Shown here in pieces: positions 60,301 to 64,000 of a stretch of DNA of 64,000 nt; the stretch's first letter is position 1; each line of letters starts with the position of its first letter. Under the pieces are notes generated by a model. That model searched no databases and was not told the origin of the DNA. It saw only the letters and a list, made by a program, of their open reading frames with translations. Source of the DNA: an uncultured Lewinella sp. (GTDB taxonomy: Bacteria; Bacteroidota; Bacteroidia; Chitinophagales; Saprospiraceae); assembly GCA_913057785.1 (NCBI GenBank), contig CAJXPD010000008.1, forward strand, positions 4,904 to 68,903, written 5' to 3'. Made by a program: the position numbers and the translations under genes.

Positions 60301-60621
60301 TATGTGAATCTCTCGGGAGGAGTCGGCTTCGATATTTCACTATTGAAATATGCCAATGGCACTACCTGCTCTTTGAGTAATACCAGCCCACATGGCTTGA
60401 AGCATTGGAGAGCCAATGGTAACCTTTGGACTTTCATGAATGCAAGTGGAAAATGGAAGGTAATCGCTACCATTCCTTTTAATGTGAGTTTAGGGGTATT
60501 GCTACAGGCAGATGTACCAAAGCCATCCTACTTCAACGGTCAAGTTGCCCTACAACTCCCATTTGGAATCAATGTACCATTTGGTGTAAGTGTCGGTCAA
60601 CAATGTGGTACCGTATACTAA
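57319..60621 (+). CDS. large secreted protein of unknown function (no domain recognised)
   Basis: 1100 aa with signal peptide MFKKYILFLLLGSWASFAYA. Gly/Asn/Ser-rich composition, which I read as beta-rich. C-terminal ..GVSVGQQCGTVY. Confidence 0.75.
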   Translation: MFKKYILFLLLGSWASFAYASPPTSEDRDGKRKEMPTLPRLAMDEVESLTTKKLEVAATPPPASAAAPQSGYHFESIDAQLQHIIETKTLMLPFDEAPQAAVLNDDMADIFVNIGTGDYSAKVKRAREAINKAIDIGNFISQLTGEDLVDLPLVLQQTISNVTYSLTINKMTLKPTHTELEIFLGIDIPNQNFSLYFGSPNIKFSYDGGFELPATLALYSAVAIPIKDKKSALVLQPYHEDPTTGLPLGTYVTIDCDGFKEMAVEADLIFSRDWIVPVDNNGDVLPTGRVTGSFQTILTDWNDLLIDNLTLPNFALKSFDDIAFNITNAVFDFSDFRNGQNVNFPPLYAQQNLLPGNASLWRGVYFENVEIVLPKQFTLKNCNASNNCRVKLGANDLLIDPNGVSAEFYAQNIFGINDGEMDKWRWSLDEISINVVASDVTGFGFEGEIGVPIAKETTPFGYTAYFDFGMQEYNFSILNPSNMEFPLWQAGQVTIAAGSKLEITATPTKFEPVAILNGSVDINAKFDLADNEEMVELVGLQFQKLKLQTQAPYIGLDTGGSMSLSSGLNVANFPVSIANPSIHGTAGGGVELRLGVNINLMSQTNGGFAATTDVSLFGDMDPSQALHLWKYSSMQINSASISISLPKLELDGQIDIFRNDPDYGNGFHGTLSVDVLDGKFEMDAETYFGNVNNYRYWYFDVKVQSNALSIPLYPPVVINGFGGGAYHHMKMSSFTANPDPDKTGVKYVPSQSVALGLKASVLLSSVEGTLDGEATLEMVFGSGMSLQDIVFYGKAELATDNIGQGLLDNRISKFLMNQQQTRAQDDAESQNPLGKISAALFMRMNFTAGFELQGTFNTYLNAGNGIIVGSGSADLLLSTPQNKWHLYIGGYSDGSITVQQLSNTVTLYPVSVSIQYENDPNDPSDDIQVSASAYFLTGNDIPGPPPLDPQAAAVFGVNNSNRGGLGGTPALGTGFAFGAAANFNFTYTKTPNKRYVNLSGGVGFDISLLKYANGTTCSLSNTSPHGLKHWRANGNLWTFMNASGKWKVIATIPFNVSLGVLLQADVPKPSYFNGQVALQLPFGINVPFGVSVGQQCGTVY

Positions 60622-60638
60622 AGCACCTGTAATTGTGG

Positions 60639-60669
60639 TTTTCCGTTGCTCAAATTGGGCAGCGGAAAA
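60639..60669 (+). other. stem-loop in the spacer before the last operon gene
   Basis: TTTTCCGTTGC (60639-60649) pairs with GCAGCGGAAAA (60659-60669): 11 bp with one G-T. No T-tract. Confidence 0.4.
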
Positions 60670-60724
60670 TCTACCGAACACAAAGAAAATCAACCCTTAT
60701 TTTGACAATCGTAATTTTCTTATC

Positions 60725-62791
60725 ATGAGAAATTTATTTGTATTCCTTTTCGTGCTATGCTTCACCTATGGGCATGCTAACAATGAAGCTAAACCAGATT
60801 CCAATCTACTACAGACCTATTATAAAATTGAGGATGGCCAACTCCTGCTTCGTTGGAATCCTGCCAATCCCTACCTTTGGCTGGAAGGCCGAAAGAATGG
60901 GTATTTAATCGAAAAATATAGATATCCGGCAGATGGAGGTAGGCCCGTGTTGGTCTCCACAAGCACTGAGACGATCCTTCCCTGGCCCGCAAATAATTGG
61001 CTATCTGAAACTTCCACGGAAACTCGCCGAAATGCACATATTCTGTTTCATTATGACCAGATGCATCCAGATTCTATCGAACAGGATCTTCCCATAGCTG
61101 AATATGGCGAGGCAGGCCGATTGAATGTTTTTCATAGACTGTCCAACTATATCATGAACGCTGATTTTGGTGCAGTAGAGTTGGCTGGCTTAGGGATCAG
61201 AGATGGAGAACTTGAGCCAAATGCCAAGTATTTATATGTAGTGAAACTAGCCTCAAACCCTAATGAGATTAACGCTAGCGTAAAAGTGGATATGAGTAGC
61301 TATCAAGCACCAATTACGCCAAAGCTGCAGGCCGAATTTCTATCTAGCCGTGTGGAATTGCAATGGCGTACCTACGAGTTTCGCGACTTCTACTATGGCT
61401 ACTTTTTAGAACGATCGGAAGATGGGGTGAATTTTGAGCTGGTCAATGAAACGCCTTTCGTTAACGTTTATGACACAACAACTCAGGAGGCGCTGAAGTC
61501 CTTTTACTATACCGATAGCTTGGCACAAAATGACAAAACCTATTGGTATCGACTTAGAGGTGCGGATTACCTCGGAGGAGTAAGTGAGAAGTACACGGAA
61601 GTCAGTGGCATGGGTTACGAAGAGATACCGCATAGCCCCATGATTCGAGAAGCTATCCAGACGGATAGCAACTACGCTATTATCAAATGGAAATTTCCGG
61701 AGGCTTTTGAAGCTAGAGTAAAAGAATTTCAGATTTTTCATTCTGATTCCTTGGATGGTATATTTTCTCCGGTCGTAGAAGGGATCAACCCTACCGAAAG
61801 AGAAGTTGCGGTGAGAATGCGCTACAATACGAATGCCTATCGGGTGGTCTTGGTGCCCTACGGTGGACCGAAGAAAGCATCCTTCCCTGCCCTGGTAATG
61901 GCTTGGGATGAAGAACCTCCAGCCATGCCGATTGGTTTTACAGGAACGATTGATAGCCTAGGTATTGTACGTTTAGCCTGGGATCCCAATACTGAGGAAG
62001 ACCTCGATGGCTATAAGGTATATAAGTCTTATTTCAAAGAAGAAGAATTTTCTGGTATTACCAGTAAACCTATTCAAGTCACCAATTTCGTGGACACAGT
62101 AGATATGGTTGTCGGTAACGAATGGGTGTATTATACGATCCAGGCAGTAGATGAGCGAAATAATCGATCTGATTTCACGCAAATATTGGAATTGAAGAAA
62201 AAGGATATGTATCCTCCAGTAGAACCCCATATTCACAAGGTGGATAAATCTACTGGACAGATTGAGATCCATTGGTACAATAGCAGTAGTCCAGATGTAG
62301 AAAGCCATCGCTTGTTTAGAAAAGTTTTGGGTGAGGAGGAAAGCTGGACAATGATCAAGGAATACGGATTGGAGGATAATGTGGAATCCTACGTGGATAC
62401 AAATGTAGTTCGCAAAAAAGTATATGCTTATACATTGGTGGCTATCGATGATGATGGATTGGAATCGGAGCCAGCACAAGCAGCTACCGCAAAGGTTATG
62501 GATTATGGCCTTCGAGATGCTATTGAGGTGACTGAAGTCAATCTGATGGAAGATCAAAAGCAAGTAGAAATCAAGTGGAATTATCCCTTGAATGCCAGTG
62601 AATTTTGGGTGTATAAAGGATCTGATAAGGAGCGAACTAGTTTGATGAAGGTGGTATCTGCTGAAGAAATGGAGTTAATTGACCAGAACTTGCAAAAGGG
62701 CCGAACCTATCATTATTATTTGAAGGCCTTTTTCGAGGACGGATCTTTCTCCCCCTTTACCGAAAAGATAGAGGTGCAACTAGACGATTAG
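60725..62791 (+). CDS. secreted multi-Fn3-like repeat protein
   Basis: 688 aa from ATG 60725 (MRNLFVFLFVLCFTYGHA signal peptide; track start 60590 rejected). About six ~100-aa repeats with a W-x..Y-x-[VIL]-[YF]..Y.Y Fn3-like pattern (LRWNP.., LQWRT.., IKWKF.., LAWDP.., IHWYN.., IKWNY..). Confidence 0.8.
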   Translation: MRNLFVFLFVLCFTYGHANNEAKPDSNLLQTYYKIEDGQLLLRWNPANPYLWLEGRKNGYLIEKYRYPADGGRPVLVSTSTETILPWPANNWLSETSTETRRNAHILFHYDQMHPDSIEQDLPIAEYGEAGRLNVFHRLSNYIMNADFGAVELAGLGIRDGELEPNAKYLYVVKLASNPNEINASVKVDMSSYQAPITPKLQAEFLSSRVELQWRTYEFRDFYYGYFLERSEDGVNFELVNETPFVNVYDTTTQEALKSFYYTDSLAQNDKTYWYRLRGADYLGGVSEKYTEVSGMGYEEIPHSPMIREAIQTDSNYAIIKWKFPEAFEARVKEFQIFHSDSLDGIFSPVVEGINPTEREVAVRMRYNTNAYRVVLVPYGGPKKASFPALVMAWDEEPPAMPIGFTGTIDSLGIVRLAWDPNTEEDLDGYKVYKSYFKEEEFSGITSKPIQVTNFVDTVDMVVGNEWVYYTIQAVDERNNRSDFTQILELKKKDMYPPVEPHIHKVDKSTGQIEIHWYNSSSPDVESHRLFRKVLGEEESWTMIKEYGLEDNVESYVDTNVVRKKVYAYTLVAIDDDGLESEPAQAATAKVMDYGLRDAIEVTEVNLMEDQKQVEIKWNYPLNASEFWVYKGSDKERTSLMKVVSAEEMELIDQNLQKGRTYHYYLKAFFEDGSFSPFTEKIEVQLDD

Positions 62792-62913
62792 TATTTGCTG
62801 GGAGTTCTCTATTTGCACTTATTTGAGAATATCCTTACTTTTGAATCAAATCTTTCCATTATCATTTAGTTCACATTTATTGAAGTGATCTCTGGCGTCT
62901 CGGAGGTCCCCAA

Positions 62914-62927
62914 CTTTCCATTATCTG
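62914..62927 (-). repeat. CAGATAATGGAAAG motif copy (reverse complement)
   Basis: CTTTCCATTATCTG on the plus strand, an exact inverted match to 48661-48674. A second inverted copy, CTTTCCATTATC, is at 62852-62863. Confidence 0.7.
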
Positions 62928-63152
62928 GTTTGGAGGTTACCAATGACCTTATGCAGTACTCTTACTAGCATAACCGGTATTGTCACTGGTTTTGTTGGAT
63001 GAATGTCCTAATGCGTCAGTGCAAGGCCCTCCATTATTTGAAATCTAACAATATGCATACAGTTGGTGTGTGGCTATGCTCGGTTTGAAACAACTGTAAA
63101 ATCTGGACTCAGCAATGCTTTTGCGTGACCGAGTCCCAAAAGAAATGATGTC

Positions 63153-64000
63153 ATGAAAAGATTGCTCATTGCGATTGTTGCTGTGCTATGTTATGGTTTG
63201 GCCTATGGGAAATTGGCAGATCCAACTTATTTCAAATGTCCACTTACCATTAGCGGTATTGATAGGCAAGATCCCACCGATTGCAATATCAATAATGGGG
63301 TGATTGAAATAGAGGTGTCCGGAGGGAATGGTTCGTATGAGTACAGTGTAAATGATGGCGCTTCCTGGCAGAACAGTAATATATTTCAGGGGCTGCCTGC
63401 TGGGACCTTTCTGATCAAAGTCAGACAGACAGATGGGGCTTGCGAAAGTTCAGGATCAGAAGTAGTAGAATTGCAAGGACCCGATTCCCCACGCTTTATT
63501 GCCGTAAACTCAACGCCACCTACGGATTGTGAGGTAGCAGATGGAACCATTACCATAGAAGCTAGAGGGGGGACCGGACCGTATGGCTACAGTATAGATG
63601 GGGGAATTACATGGGTAGGTACTAAAGTTTTTCAAGCTTTGCCCTCAGGTACTTATCAGGCGATGGTAAGAAATGCAGATGGAACATGTGAGACGCCTTA
63701 TATTTTTCCGATTGAACTAATTGGTCCTGAACCGCCACAGATAACTGCGGTAGATTTCAGTCCCATTAGTGACTGTGATCGGGAAGACGCAAGTATTCGC
63801 ATTCAAACTGAAAATTCGGGTGATTTTCTTTATAGCATTGATGGCCGTGCTTCCTGGCAACAGGGGGCGGCTTTCAATGATTTAGCGGCAGGAAGGTTTG
63901 ATATCTGGGTAAGCAATGGTGATGGAAGTTGCCCGATTAATTATGGTCCTCTGGTGATTCCAGATATCGATGCACCGATTATTGAAGAGGTGCAGGTGAG
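63153..64000 (+). CDS. SprB-repeat cell-surface protein, 5' part (continues past the window)
   Basis: Open to the window edge, so absent from the ORF track. MKRLLIAIVAVLCYGLAYG signal peptide, then at least three ~83-aa repeats of the type DC..(N/D)G.I.I...GG.G.Y.YS.DGG.(S/T)W....F..L..G.Y...V....G.C. Confidence 0.75.
   Translation, partial: MKRLLIAIVAVLCYGLAYGKLADPTYFKCPLTISGIDRQDPTDCNINNGVIEIEVSGGNGSYEYSVNDGASWQNSNIFQGLPAGTFLIKVRQTDGACESSGSEVVELQGPDSPRFIAVNSTPPTDCEVADGTITIEARGGTGPYGYSIDGGITWVGTKVFQALPSGTYQAMVRNADGTCETPYIFPIELIGPEPPQITAVDFSPISDCDREDASIRIQTENSGDFLYSIDGRASWQQGAAFNDLAAGRFDIWVSNGDGSCPINYGPLVIPDIDAPIIEEVQV

Noticed and set aside
61973-62563. 196-aa minus-strand ORF, plus 53300-53731, 55427-55783, 55877-56215, 61406-61741 (minus) and the plus-strand out-of-frame ORFs 49961-50263, 50260-50517 and 51805-52047
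   Set aside because: They are embedded in the long, repeat-structured plus-strand genes of the operon. Their composition is Ser/Ile/Phe-rich mirror sequence. The sense-strand frames have signal peptides and domain periodicity.
48915-62791. Assigning the giant proteins as T9SS cargo, Rhs/YD toxins or T5SS/CDI proteins
   Set aside because: I could not recognise a T9SS C-terminal sorting domain at any C-terminus, nor YD repeats, a TPS domain or a TpsB-like partner. This is negative evidence from reading by eye only and needs HMM confirmation.
48661-62927. Treating the single exact 14-nt inverted pair as proof of terminal inverted repeats of a mobile island
   Set aside because: By my rough estimate, several exact 14-mer pairs are expected by chance in 64 kb. 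I saw no direct target-site duplication and no integrase or transposase in the window adjacent to the segment. I kept it only as a multi-copy motif observation.
1-64000. Search for tRNA, rRNA, tmRNA or known riboswitch-like sequences in the intergenic regions (1593-2124, 9835-10314, 13828-14189, 48022-48914, 62792-63152)
   Set aside because: I recognised no cloverleaf-compatible arms with a T-loop GTTCRANYC motif and no rRNA-like conserved blocks. A covariance-model scan would be needed to exclude less obvious ncRNAs.

Overview
All calls below come from reading the translations and the DNA by eye. No database or structure search was run. The window looks like a Bacteroidota-type chromosome, inferred from a SprB-repeat adhesin, TonB-dependent receptors with carboxypeptidase-regulatory-like N-termini, TAnnTTTG promoter-like boxes and a ribosomal superoperon lacking tuf. 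Layout: (1) 229-1592, two paralogous membrane proteins. (2) 2125-9834, a Dlt-like carrier-protein-dependent acylation cluster. It holds two adenylating enzymes (one fused to a carrier domain), a DltD/AlgJ-like SGNH protein, a DltB/AlgI-like MBOAT, an unlisted 45-aa DltX-like micro-ORF and a convergent acyl-ACP thioesterase. (3) 10315-30318, a 33-gene str-S10-spc-alpha ribosomal superoperon (rpsL to rplQ, including fusA, secY, map, infA, rpoA), with unusually long structured spacers and candidate internal promoters and terminators. I added rpmD and rpmJ, which fall below the ORF-track size cut-off. (4) 30505-48015, an accessory region: two AraC-type regulators, a retropepsin-like protease, two TonB-dependent receptors, an M20 amidohydrolase, a LytTR two-component system, an IS200-like RAYT transposase flanked by REP-like hairpins, a fatty-acid hydroxylase-family enzyme and an outer-membrane beta-barrel. 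(5) 48915-62791, the most unusual part: a five-gene operon encoding four giant signal-peptide proteins (1389, 1120, 1100 and 688 aa, two built from Fn3-like repeats). The 1120-aa protein ends in a PD-(D/E)xK nuclease-like module and is followed 14 nt later by a cytoplasmic 233-aa candidate immunity protein. Copies of a GATAATGGAAAG motif bracket this operon in inverted orientation. (6) 63153 to the window end, the 5' part of a SprB-repeat surface protein. I recognised no rRNA, tRNA or CRISPR array.
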